Under the pieces are notes generated by a model. That model worked only from the letters and a program-made list of their open reading frames with translations, had not been told where the DNA came from and did not search any database. From a virus (Duplodnaviria; Caudoviricetes): a stretch of DNA of 60,523 bases. This document shows, one piece after another, positions 49,137-58,793 of this stretch. Where the stretch lies: positions 1 through 60,523 of the IMG/VR virus record IMGVR_UViG_3300020171_000030. The stretch is one strand, 5' to 3'. Position numbers and translations under genes: made by a program. Numbering within the stretch: position 1 is the stretch's first letter; every line of letters starts with the position of its first letter.

Positions 49137-50694
49137 AAGAATAAATTGGCAAAAAGAAATAGAAAGCCGGTCTCAGCAAGACGCGAGAAAGTGGCAGATT
49201 AAAGAATACCGGCGCTGTGCTGAGGATAAAATATATTGGTTCAATAATTATGTTTGGACGATGGATACTCGTAGAACGCCATCAATTATACCGTTTGTAT
49301 TATGGCCTAAACAGATAGAGTTAGTTAAAGAATTAGATAAATACCAAGATTTGTTTATTGATAAACCTCACGATCTCGGCATTTCTTGGACAATTATGGG
49401 GTGGGAGTTACATCAGGATTTATATACAAAAGGTTTTACTGCATTGAATATTTCAAGAAAAGAGTCAGAAGTGCAAGATTCCGGTAATACTTTTCACGCA
49501 TTACACGGACGGTTATTATTTATGTATTCCAGACTTCCACCATTTTTAAAGCCGCGGATCCATAACCCGTTTTTAATATTCGCGGTGCCTTCAATGAATT
49601 CAGTGATTAAAGGAGAGTCATCTAACCCCAATGCCGGAAGAGATACGCAATATAAATTTATTTTTATTGATGAAGCGGCGTGTATAGAATGTCTTGATGA
49701 AATGTGGAAAGGAGTTCGCGCTGCTACAAATACTGTTTGTCTTAATTCAACTCCTCCAAAAGAAAGTGTGAATAATAAATTTGCTGAAATAAAAGATATG
49801 CCTAATTCCGGTTTTACTAAAATGAGGTTTCATTGGAAAGATAATCCGCAACATGATGAAAACTGGTTTAATAAAAAAACTGCTTCAATGACAGAAGAAG
49901 AAATAGCGCAGGAGGTTTTAGTAGGGTATGATAAGGCAAAAATTAATCGTTCCTATCCTGAGTATGATGATGGGATACATCTGTTAGGGCATAAGGTATA
50001 TCTTAACCCGAAATCAAAATTGTATGCCTTTCAGGACTTTGGGCTTGAAGGCGAAGGATGGATCTTTGCACAAAAAGATTTTGAAGATAGATTATTCTGT
50101 ATATATTACAAATTATTTTTTAATATGCTCACTCTAGAGTTATATCATGAGTTTATCAAATGTTTAGATGCTTTAGGTTATACAGGGCTAATAAGTGATA
50201 TTGTATTTATAGGAGATAAGTCTGGGAATAAAAGAAGCAGATTAACTAAAACAAGTGTGATAGAAGATTGGAAAAAAGTATCTAATGGACAAATTGATAT
50301 CCATACCCGCGAACTTTCTAATGATGAGAAGATGAAATGCGTTAAGGCGTGCCTTAAAAAATATATTAACGGCAGGCCGCAGTTTAATATTTCAGATGAG
50401 CCGACCTGCCTAGAATTGGCAAAGTGCTTAAAAAATGTTACTTTGAATAAAACTGGGCAAGACCATATTGACAATAAATATACTCACGCAGTTAATATGA
50501 TAGAATATGGCATAAATTATTTATTTCCTAAAACTAAAGCTGCGGGAATTGTGGTAGGGATAGATCCGGGGCAGGAAATAAGGGATGAAAACGGAAAAGT
50601 TATTAGAACTGTTGAACCTATTATGACTAGAGGTGCTTCTGTGGCTAGCGTTATAGGTGAAAGAAGAATTATTAGAGGAGGTTTATTAAGATGA
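49120..50694 (+). CDS. terL: Terminase large subunit
   Basis: PFVLW.KQ, variant Walker A DKPHDLGISW, FIFIDEAA, NSTP, nuclease DFG...GD.SG...H. Confidence 0.9.
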   Translation: MENNVERINWQKEIESRSQQDARKWQIKEYRRCAEDKIYWFNNYVWTMDTRRTPSIIPFVLWPKQIELVKELDKYQDLFIDKPHDLGISWTIMGWELHQDLYTKGFTALNISRKESEVQDSGNTFHALHGRLLFMYSRLPPFLKPRIHNPFLIFAVPSMNSVIKGESSNPNAGRDTQYKFIFIDEAACIECLDEMWKGVRAATNTVCLNSTPPKESVNNKFAEIKDMPNSGFTKMRFHWKDNPQHDENWFNKKTASMTEEEIAQEVLVGYDKAKINRSYPEYDDGIHLLGHKVYLNPKSKLYAFQDFGLEGEGWIFAQKDFEDRLFCIYYKLFFNMLTLELYHEFIKCLDALGYTGLISDIVFIGDKSGNKRSRLTKTSVIEDWKKVSNGQIDIHTRELSNDEKMKCVKACLKKYINGRPQFNISDEPTCLELAKCLKNVTLNKTGQDHIDNKYTHAVNMIEYGINYLFPKTKAAGIVVGIDPGQEIRDENGKVIRTVEPIMTRGASVASVIGERRIIRGGLLR

Positions 50695-52121
50695 AAAAAA
50701 CTAAAGCAATACAAGAACCATCTGAGGTTGTCGTCAATTTTAACGAACGTGGAAAACGGCAGGCTGAAATTCAGCGCAGGTTAGCTGAGGCATATCCGAT
50801 GATAGGCGGATCAACTGAAGATTCGTTATGGCGTTCACTTACTACCAATCAGGATAGAGATCTTAATCTGCTTACGCAGAGAAGGATGCAGGATATCGCA
50901 TTTTACCTATACGATAGCAATCCTATGGCTAAAAGAATAATTGATATACTTAAAGATTTCATAGTAGGAGACGGGTTTAGATATTCTGCAGTTGATCCAG
51001 AAGTAAAAGAAGTCATTGATGAATTTTGGAATGACCCGGATAATAACTTAGATATGGAAATCGAAACTGATGTTGCTGAGTTGCATATTTTCGGCGAACT
51101 TTGTTTGCCAGTCTGGGTTAATTCGGCTAACGGCGCTGTAAAATTAGGATATATAGACCCTAAGACAATATTAAAAATCAAAAAAGATTCTAGTAATACT
51201 AAAATAAATAAAATTTTAATCTGGAGAAAACCCAGCGGCTCAGTTGAAAGAGAATTAAATATTATCAATGTTGATAGAAATACAAGATCTAAAACTTATG
51301 GAAAATTAGTAGGAGGTTGTTTCTATTTTACAATTAACAAAGTAAGTTCAGCGACGAGAGGAAGGTCAGAATTGCTCTGTTTGGCCGACTGGCTCGACGG
51401 ATATGACCAATTCCTATTCGCAAGGTTAGAAAGAGCATTTTTGTTAAACAATTTTATCTGGGATATCCAATGTGAAGGGATGAATAAAGGAGAACTAGAA
51501 GAGTTTGTTAAAACTTTAGCCACGCCTCGTCCCGGTTCGATAAGAGCGCATAATGAAAAGATTACTTGGAAGGCTGAAACGCCGAAATTAGAATCTGCTG
51601 ACGCTTCAGAAGAGGCAAGGTTATTTAAACAGCAGATATTAGGCGGTGCTGGATTTCCGGAATTGTGGTTTGGAGAAACTTCAAGCACAACGAGAGCAAC
51701 AGCTTTAGAGACCAGCCTTCCTGTATTAAAAAGGTTAAGATCTCGTCAAAGAGTAATAAAATATCAATTACAATTTATTATCAATTTTGTTATAGACCAA
51801 GCAATAATAGCTAAGAGGCTAAAAGAAGATGTTGATAGGCGATTTAAAATTATACCGTTTCCGATTGTTTCTCGCGATAATAAAGGTACTGCAGAAGCTA
51901 TGGGAGGATTAGTTCAAGGATTAGTTGTAGCTAAACAGAATAATTGGATAACTAATAAAAAAGCGAAGACAGTCCTTAATGCTGTATTAACGCAATTCGG
52001 AGTGGATATGGAAAGTAATACTGATGAGGAAGATGATAAGGAAGATGGTGAAAGCAGTAGTTCAACGTCATCAAACTCTTCCAGTAGTTCAGAAAGTTTA
52101 AATGGGATGGAGGTAATATAA
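50691..52121 (+). CDS. Portal protein with acidic/Ser-rich C-terminal tail
   Basis: LYDSNP.A.RII....DF.VGDG, FW..P.N, GELC, RG.SEL; follows TerL. Confidence 0.85.
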   Translation: MKKTKAIQEPSEVVVNFNERGKRQAEIQRRLAEAYPMIGGSTEDSLWRSLTTNQDRDLNLLTQRRMQDIAFYLYDSNPMAKRIIDILKDFIVGDGFRYSAVDPEVKEVIDEFWNDPDNNLDMEIETDVAELHIFGELCLPVWVNSANGAVKLGYIDPKTILKIKKDSSNTKINKILIWRKPSGSVERELNIINVDRNTRSKTYGKLVGGCFYFTINKVSSATRGRSELLCLADWLDGYDQFLFARLERAFLLNNFIWDIQCEGMNKGELEEFVKTLATPRPGSIRAHNEKITWKAETPKLESADASEEARLFKQQILGGAGFPELWFGETSSTTRATALETSLPVLKRLRSRQRVIKYQLQFIINFVIDQAIIAKRLKEDVDRRFKIIPFPIVSRDNKGTAEAMGGLVQGLVVAKQNNWITNKKAKTVLNAVLTQFGVDMESNTDEEDDKEDGESSSSTSSNSSSSSESLNGMEVI

Positions 52122-54056
52122 ATGAAAAACTTTTTATTAGCATTATTAGAAGATTTCTCTTTAGATAAGATAGATATCCTATCTGATAATGACAAAATTA
52201 TGGAAGGAGTGAAACCTGCGTTTGGCTCTCCAGGCGGCAAGTTCTTTGTAGCTGGTAAACTGATAGCCATGTTTCCTGAACACAAAAGATATGTCGAGCC
52301 GTTCATAGGTGGCGGCAGCATATTATTCAGGAAGAATAAACAGGCCGAAGAGTTCATCAACGATAAGGATCAGGAAATATTTACTTGCTTCAAATTCATG
52401 CAGAATATTACTGAACAGCAGGTAGAAGCACTGAATAAAATGGACTGGAAGACATCGAAGATAACTTTCGGCAAATTATTGGCTGAATACAAAGAAAGTC
52501 CAGCGAATAAGGATCCTGTTTACCAGTTCTACCGCTACACTTACATTAAAGCGGCCTCGGATGCCGGAGAGATGCGTTCCTATGATGATAGGGCTGAAGG
52601 CGAAATAATGAAACTTACAACCCGTTTAGCCAAAATTAAAGAACGCCTTGCTGGCGTAACCATAGAGAATATTGATTATAAAGATTTTGTGAATAAATAT
52701 TCCAATGCTGAGTCTTTTACTTTCCTTGACCCGCCATATCCTTCAGCAAAGATGAACTGGAAGTGGTGTCCGACTCAGGAAGAGTTTGAGGCTTTTACCA
52801 AGACTGTCCCGGGCAAATGGATGGTTACTTATGAGGTCTGTGATGGTTGGAAAGAGTCAAAGTATTATAGAAAAATACTTTCTCAATACAACTTGGCTTG
52901 CCCTACTGCAGGCCACATGACCAGAAAATCGGAATTGGTAATTACGAATTATCCTATGGAACAGAATACTTCTTATCTATCAACTTCTTGTTTGGATCAA
53001 GAAGAGATATCAGAGGCTTTAGATTTTTATGAGATTATAGGACAGGCAATAGGTGAAGCTAGCATGTGTTGGAGTGAAACACCGAAAGGAGTTTTTGACA
53101 GCACTAGAGCAAACAAAATTTTGAATAGTTTATTGAAACTATACGCAGCGAAGCGTAGAGGTGAAGAAGTAAAACAATCCTTTGAAGAATTAAAACAATC
53201 ATTCAGAGAATGTATAAAGAAGATGATTGAGTCTGGTATCACCAATTTTAATCCTGAAAAGTTGTCTCCATTTGCTTTAGAGTTATTTGACAAATATACA
53301 GAATACAAATATATAACTACTCAAACTGACGGAAATAAACAAGCGTTTAATTCATTTAAGGAATTAAAAGAAAGCAATATAGATTATACTGAATATCATT
53401 TAGATATTAAAATGAAAGAGACAGAAAAGAAGATAGGTAACTTTGCCTTATACCATCAATGGTGGAAAGGAAAACATTTAGAAAGCAAGAGTTTAGATAG
53501 TTTTATAATCGCAACTGATTTGAATATTGATTTATTTTTGGATAAGAATCCGTTAAACGAAGATTTTAAAGAGTCAATATTTTACATCAAACCGTCAAAA
53601 TATGAAGTTATGAAGGTCAATGAATCCACTACTTTTGTGGCTCCGCGAAGCAATCTCAATATTACCGAGATGCCGGCTTGGATGAAAATAATTGATATGG
53701 GAAAGATATCAATTTTAGAAAGTACTGAATTAGAAAAAACAATAGAGTTTTCAGGTAGTAAATTAAAAGGAATATTTGTGGCTAAAAGAGCTACAGAAAA
53801 TTCGGATTTCTGGACTATTCAAGAAGAATCTCGACACAGTAGAGATAAATGTATGGAGTGTTCAGAACCACCAAAGTATGAAGTGAAATGGGCTGAAGGT
53901 ATGGGGCATGCATGGTTCTGCGAAGAACATTTTAAAAGCTGGAGTAAAGAAAATAAAGATGATATTGATTATGTAAAAGAAGTTAAAGATGGGATAGCTT
54001 CTGATAAATTTGCAGATAATACTAACCCTAATATAAGAGATATTATATTAAAATAA
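52122..54056 (+). CDS. Dam/D12-class DNA adenine methyltransferase with large C-terminal extension
   Basis: GSPGGK, YVEPF.GGGS, FIND, TIEN.DY, FLDPPY, ELVITNY. Confidence 0.85.
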   Translation: MKNFLLALLEDFSLDKIDILSDNDKIMEGVKPAFGSPGGKFFVAGKLIAMFPEHKRYVEPFIGGGSILFRKNKQAEEFINDKDQEIFTCFKFMQNITEQQVEALNKMDWKTSKITFGKLLAEYKESPANKDPVYQFYRYTYIKAASDAGEMRSYDDRAEGEIMKLTTRLAKIKERLAGVTIENIDYKDFVNKYSNAESFTFLDPPYPSAKMNWKWCPTQEEFEAFTKTVPGKWMVTYEVCDGWKESKYYRKILSQYNLACPTAGHMTRKSELVITNYPMEQNTSYLSTSCLDQEEISEALDFYEIIGQAIGEASMCWSETPKGVFDSTRANKILNSLLKLYAAKRRGEEVKQSFEELKQSFRECIKKMIESGITNFNPEKLSPFALELFDKYTEYKYITTQTDGNKQAFNSFKELKESNIDYTEYHLDIKMKETEKKIGNFALYHQWWKGKHLESKSLDSFIIATDLNIDLFLDKNPLNEDFKESIFYIKPSKYEVMKVNESTTFVAPRSNLNITEMPAWMKIIDMGKISILESTELEKTIEFSGSKLKGIFVAKRATENSDFWTIQEESRHSRDKCMECSEPPKYEVKWAEGMGHAWFCEEHFKSWSKENKDDIDYVKEVKDGIASDKFADNTNPNIRDIILK

Positions 54057-54065
54057 AGTTTTTAC

Positions 54066-54129
54066 TTGACAATTTGATAAAAGTATGGTAAGCATTTAAT
54101 AGATAAAGTTATTAACAGAGTTATCCACA
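54066..54129 (+). promoter_or_regulatory. Promoter for capsid operon with downstream DnaA box
   Basis: TTGACA-17bp-TAAGCA; TTATCCACA at 54121. Confidence 0.55.
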
Positions 54130-54190
54130 GGAGCGATAATGATCGATTTTGAATTAGGCTATATAGTAGGCTTATTTAAGGAGATTAATC

Positions 54191-54508
54191 ATGCCATACC
54201 CTAATACCCATAGTGCTAGGGTAACAGAGCCATTACCTCAAAATTCTGCTATTTACGCGACTAAGAGTATAGCTCCAGGTATCAGCATTATTTTACAAAA
54301 ACCTAAAAGCGATCCTAACGCCTCTATGAAAGTACAGTCCTACCGTTTTGGCAAACATCAGTTCACTCCTGAAGAAGCAAAAGCGTGGTTGAAAAAACAC
54401 AATATTTCTTATATTTCATTTGAACCGGCAAGAACCGGGAATGAGGAAAATAGGAAAGAAATTATTGAAAGGATAACTAAAGAACTCTCAGGTGCCATAA
54501 TTGCTTAA
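54191..54508 (+). CDS. Head-morphogenesis-associated hypothetical protein
   Basis: MPYPN.HSAR...QSYRF.K..FT.EEAKAWLK.H...FEPA; upstream of protease. Confidence 0.6.
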   Translation: MPYPNTHSARVTEPLPQNSAIYATKSIAPGISIILQKPKSDPNASMKVQSYRFGKHQFTPEEAKAWLKKHNISYISFEPARTGNEENRKEIIERITKELSGAIIA

Positions 54509-57101
54509 ACTTAATCAGACCAATATAGTCTGTTTTTTAGAAAGCACGCCTTCCGGTGATATCTGGAAAGTGATGATTATTGAAGAAGGACTTTCTAAAA
54601 ACGGAAAGTATTACACCAAAGAAGCCCTCCAAAAAGCAGTCCCTCTTTTCGAAAAATCTAAAGTATGTTTCTACGAATGGAAAGATAAACATTTTGACCA
54701 TATTCCTTTATCAATAGAAAAAATTCGACCAGAAGGGTTTCCTCTCCAAACAGCAGGGTATCTTGATAATGTTAAATACGAAACTGTAAAAATTGAGGGG
54801 AGAGAAGTCTCTGGTTTAACTGGGTCTCTGCATTTACTCGAAGAAAATAGTAAAGTTCAAGAGTTAAAGCAGATGCTCGTGAATGCCTGGCAGAAAGGAT
54901 TAAAAAACTTTCTTGGGTTATCAATAAACGCGGAAGGGCCATCAAGCGTGCGTATGCTTAACGGTCAACCGGTAACGGTGGTGAATGGGATTACTAAAGT
55001 ATTCAGCACAGATTTTGTAACTCAACCCGCGGCTGGCGGTGAGTTACTAAAAATAATCGAAAGCATTAACCAAAGAGGAGGATTAGAACAAATGTGGAAA
55101 AAGATTCTTGAAGCCTTAAAAGCTTGGAATCCGAAGTTGTTAGAAAGCGTTGATATCGAGAATATCACAGAAGAAGAGGTAATCAGTATTTTTGAGTCGT
55201 TGGTTACAGAAGCAAAAACAAAAAAATCTTCTAAATGCGCTGAGTTAGAAGGTATTGTAAAGCATTTAAAGGATAAGAAATATGATGAAGCAGAAAAACT
55301 GCTAAATGAAGTCATTAAAATGAAAGAAATGACTGATGAGGAGTTATGTAAAGCTGATGATACGACATTGTCTCCTGAACAGAAAAAGAAAAAAGCAGAA
55401 TTGCTTAAGGCACAATCAGATGCTGCTGCTGCAGGTCAGACAGAAGCGAAGAAGAAACAAGATGAAATGGATAGGAAAAATAAAGATTTAGAGGCCAGAT
55501 TAGCTGATATAGATAATCAGTTAAAGGTCAGGGAATGTAAAGAAATGCTTGAATTGGCTCTTGGTGAAAGCAATCTCCCTGAACCGATAAAGAGTAAAAT
55601 CCGTAATACCTTTAAAAGTAAGGTATATAAAGAGGCTGAATTAAAAGAAGCAGTTAAGATTGAACGCGAGACGTTAGCGAAGTTAATCGAAAGCAGAGCC
55701 GTAATCGATTTTGGTGGAGATGTTGAAGGGTCTTTCGTTGAAAGAGAACCGATTACAAGGCTGCAGGCGTCTTTGGATTTAATGTTTGATTATAAGCCAA
55801 CTGATGATGAAAAAGAGAAATATAAAGGTATTGATAGATTTAGTTCATTAAGAGAAGCCTATGTGGTTTATACAGATGATCCACAGATTTCAGGTATGTT
55901 AGGCCCTAAAGCCTTAGCAAGATTACAAGAAGCTACTGAGGCAAGTTTTGCTTATGCATTAGGTTATTCTATGCAAAGACGTATGCTTCCTGAATATCGG
56001 GCAATACCAGAACTTTGGAAAAAAATAGCGGTATCTACACCGATAAAAGATTTTAAATTGCAAGAAAGAATTCAGTGGGGAGGTTTTGGCGTTCTTCCTA
56101 CGGTTCAGGCCGCAAGAACAGTTGCTGGCACTCCTATTGACTCTGAAACTCCGGCTTATCCTGAACTTGGATTCCCGGCTGACCAAGAAGCAACCTATGC
56201 AGTGATGACAAAAGGTGGTATCGTTACCTTAACCAGAAGAATGATTATTGACGACGATTTGAAAGTTCTTACAGGTATTCCAAAGAGAGTCGGCAAGGCT
56301 GCTGGTTATACATTGAATCAGTTTGTATTTGATTTAATGATAGGTTATGGCGCTTCTGGTATCAATACAGCAACCATTTATGACAGCGCGGTACTTTATA
56401 TTGCAGCACATAAGAATTTAAGGACAGGAGTTTTAGGTTATGATAACCTGCAAGATTTATTGAATGATATGTGGTATCAGTGCGAGCTTGGATATAAGAC
56501 TGATGTTGCAACACAGTTAGAAGCAGCAGGAACTTCGTTAGTTGTAACAGCTACTCATGCCGCATTTTTTAAAGCCGGAGATTATGCTTGGCTAGACGGC
56601 GAAATCGTAAGAGTAGATGCCTCGGATGGCAGCGCTACATTGATTATTGCAAGAGGTATGTTTGGAACGACTGATGCTCAGCATATAGTAGGTGTTGATG
56701 TGCGTAAAGTAACACAGTTCTTAGCCTTAGAGAAACCTATTCTCTGGGTGCCTAGAGCATTAAACGGAACAGCGTTAGCGCTGCAAAAATCTGAAAAGCA
56801 TCCTGAAACTGCGGAAGGCGGAATTAACACATTGAGAGACCAGTTTGATGTTCAGCAAAGCCCGTTCCTTCGCGGTGATGAGAATAACTATTATCTATCA
56901 GCAAAACCTTCTGATGTTGAAGGTATCGAAATAGGATTTTTGAACGGAAAAGAAGAACCTGAGATTTTAGTGCAAGACCAGCCTACAGTCGGCAATGTGT
57001 TTGTGTATGATACGATTCGCTACAAAGTACGTCATGAGTACGGCGGAGCGGTTGTTGACTTTAGAGCGTTTGCTGGTTCAATAGTATCAGGAGTAGCATA
57101 A
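54501..57101 (+). CDS. Prohead protease-scaffold-major capsid (Mu gpT-like) fusion
   Basis: G.SKNG.YY, GLSINA, STDFVT.PAAGG protease motifs; coiled-coil scaffold; DFK, K.G....TR.MII.DD, FLNG.EEP, YKVRH.YG...VDFR capsid motifs. Confidence 0.88.
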   Translation: MLKLNQTNIVCFLESTPSGDIWKVMIIEEGLSKNGKYYTKEALQKAVPLFEKSKVCFYEWKDKHFDHIPLSIEKIRPEGFPLQTAGYLDNVKYETVKIEGREVSGLTGSLHLLEENSKVQELKQMLVNAWQKGLKNFLGLSINAEGPSSVRMLNGQPVTVVNGITKVFSTDFVTQPAAGGELLKIIESINQRGGLEQMWKKILEALKAWNPKLLESVDIENITEEEVISIFESLVTEAKTKKSSKCAELEGIVKHLKDKKYDEAEKLLNEVIKMKEMTDEELCKADDTTLSPEQKKKKAELLKAQSDAAAAGQTEAKKKQDEMDRKNKDLEARLADIDNQLKVRECKEMLELALGESNLPEPIKSKIRNTFKSKVYKEAELKEAVKIERETLAKLIESRAVIDFGGDVEGSFVEREPITRLQASLDLMFDYKPTDDEKEKYKGIDRFSSLREAYVVYTDDPQISGMLGPKALARLQEATEASFAYALGYSMQRRMLPEYRAIPELWKKIAVSTPIKDFKLQERIQWGGFGVLPTVQAARTVAGTPIDSETPAYPELGFPADQEATYAVMTKGGIVTLTRRMIIDDDLKVLTGIPKRVGKAAGYTLNQFVFDLMIGYGASGINTATIYDSAVLYIAAHKNLRTGVLGYDNLQDLLNDMWYQCELGYKTDVATQLEAAGTSLVVTATHAAFFKAGDYAWLDGEIVRVDASDGSATLIIARGMFGTTDAQHIVGVDVRKVTQFLALEKPILWVPRALNGTALALQKSEKHPETAEGGINTLRDQFDVQQSPFLRGDENNYYLSAKPSDVEGIEIGFLNGKEEPEILVQDQPTVGNVFVYDTIRYKVRHEYGGAVVDFRAFAGSIVSGVA

Positions 57102-57124
57102 TTTAACCGATTTAATGGCGATGA

Positions 57125-57144
57125 CCGGGTAGGAAACTACCCGG
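57125..57144 (+). other. GC-rich GNRA hairpin after capsid gene (stabiliser/attenuator)
   Basis: CCGGGTAG-GAAA-CTACCCGG, no U tail. Confidence 0.6.
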
Positions 57145-57189
57145 CACAGCTGTTAAGCTGAAAAATGCTTAATGTTAAGGAGGTATTAA

Positions 57190-57537
57190 ATGCCTAAATT
57201 TTCAAGATATGATTACAGTGTTGCCAGTCAAAGAGGGACTGCAATAACAAAAACGTCTGCTTATACCATTACAGAAGCAGATATTTTAAGGATTGGTCAA
57301 TTTTTTATTTGTAGTGGAGTTACTACTTTAACTTTACCTGTAGCTAGCGGTAATTTAAAAGGCGTTAGTGTGTATATCCATGGGAATAACGCCTCGTCAA
57401 AAGTAGCTGTAGTTGCTGGATTCGGTGGTGGTGGTACAAATTACGACACAGTAACCATAGGAGCTTATAATACCGTAGAGTTTTGGTGCAACGGAACTTA
57501 TTGGTATGCCTTATCTCAATCTGTAGGCGCAACCTAA
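57190..57537 (+). CDS. Putative head decoration protein
   Basis: Follows MCP; TLTLP...F..G...W.AL pattern; paralog of next gene's N-terminus. Confidence 0.6.
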   Translation: MPKFSRYDYSVASQRGTAITKTSAYTITEADILRIGQFFICSGVTTLTLPVASGNLKGVSVYIHGNNASSKVAVVAGFGGGGTNYDTVTIGAYNTVEFWCNGTYWYALSQSVGAT

Positions 57538-57557
57538 CCAGATAAAGGAGGATACCT

Positions 57558-58736
57558 ATGCCAAAACCTACCAGATATAAATATAGCGTTGCCAATAAAA
57601 GAAGGGCATCGTTAAGTAAATCAATCAATTATTCTCTTACAGAGAATGATATATTACGAAGTGGATATTTATTCGTTACTCTTACCGCAGCCTGCACTTT
57701 AACCCTTCCTGTTGCAAGCACTAATTTAAGAGGCGTAAGTATTTATGTAACTACATCTGACCAGGGTAATGCCTATGTTGCAGCTGGTTTTGGTGGTGGT
57801 GGTGGTAGTTACGATACAGCGCAGATAGGAAGATATGAGACTGCAGAGTTCTGGTGTGATGGCAGTTATTGGTATGCTTTAGATGTAACTGTTACCGGAA
57901 CTGGATCTAGTTCATCTAGTTCTTCCAGTTCTTCAAGCAGTTCAAGCAGTTCTTCCAGTTCAAGCTCAAGCAGTTCATTGAGTTCGAGTAGTTCATCAAG
58001 TTCGAGCAGTTCATTGAGTTCAAGCAGTTCATCTTCAAGCAGTTCATCTTCAAGCAGTTCATCTTCAAGCAGTTCAGAAAGTTCTTCTAGTTCGAGCTCA
58101 AGCAGTTCAAGCAGTTCATCAAGCAGTTCAGAAAGTTCTTCTAGTTCATCTTCAAGCAGTTCAAGCAGCTCAGAAAGTTCAAGCAGCTCAAGCAGCTCAA
58201 GCAGCTCATTGAGTTCAAGTTCTTCCAGTTCTTCAAGCAGTTCATTGAGTTCAAGTTCTTCAAGTAGTTCATCTAGCAGTTCTATAACAACTGGTTGGCT
58301 TGGGATAGATAACACTTGGTTATCTTCTGACTGTGGAGATGATGGCGGTTCTACAACTATTGAGAATGGCTTAGCTGGGACGAATGTTTGGAAACATACT
58401 GCTAATGAGACACATCAGTTCATTCTTGATTTAAAGAGTATACTTAATGTGCAGCAAGTTCGAGGCCGTTCAGGCGGTGATTTAAGCTGTGACCCGATAA
58501 ATGTTAATATTTATGTCAGCGAAGATGGAATTACTTGGGGGACAGCAGTAGCCGCTAATATCGCAACTTGGCAAGATGTTACCACTTGGCAAGAAGTCGC
58601 TTGTACAGCTAAGAATGGCAGATATGTCAAAGTAGAGATCACTACTACTGAAAGCGCAGTTAAAACGCTTGAGTTCGGCGGACCTGCAGGTGCGTTCTTT
58701 AAGATCTTCGATGTTTACGCCGTAAATGCAGTTTAG
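57558..58736 (+). CDS. Head decoration/fibre protein: anchor domain + 126-aa poly-Ser linker + discoidin (F5/8)-like domain
   Basis: N-terminus aligns to 57190 ORF; Ser tract 57906-58283; W.H...FILDL...IYVSEDG..W...GRYVKVEI. Confidence 0.75.
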   Translation: MPKPTRYKYSVANKRRASLSKSINYSLTENDILRSGYLFVTLTAACTLTLPVASTNLRGVSIYVTTSDQGNAYVAAGFGGGGGSYDTAQIGRYETAEFWCDGSYWYALDVTVTGTGSSSSSSSSSSSSSSSSSSSSSSSSLSSSSSSSSSSSLSSSSSSSSSSSSSSSSSSSSESSSSSSSSSSSSSSSSSESSSSSSSSSSSSSESSSSSSSSSSSLSSSSSSSSSSSLSSSSSSSSSSSSITTGWLGIDNTWLSSDCGDDGGSTTIENGLAGTNVWKHTANETHQFILDLKSILNVQQVRGRSGGDLSCDPINVNIYVSEDGITWGTAVAANIATWQDVTTWQEVACTAKNGRYVKVEITTTESAVKTLEFGGPAGAFFKIFDVYAVNAV

Positions 58737-58746
58737 TTAAAATAAA

Positions 58747-58774
58747 TTAGGGGGGAGAGAAATCTCCCTCCTAA
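58747..58774 (+). other. Intergenic GAAA hairpin
   Basis: TTAGGGGGGAGA-GAAA-TCTCCCTCCTAA. Confidence 0.5.
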
Positions 58775-58793
58775 TAAATATAGGAGATAATAA

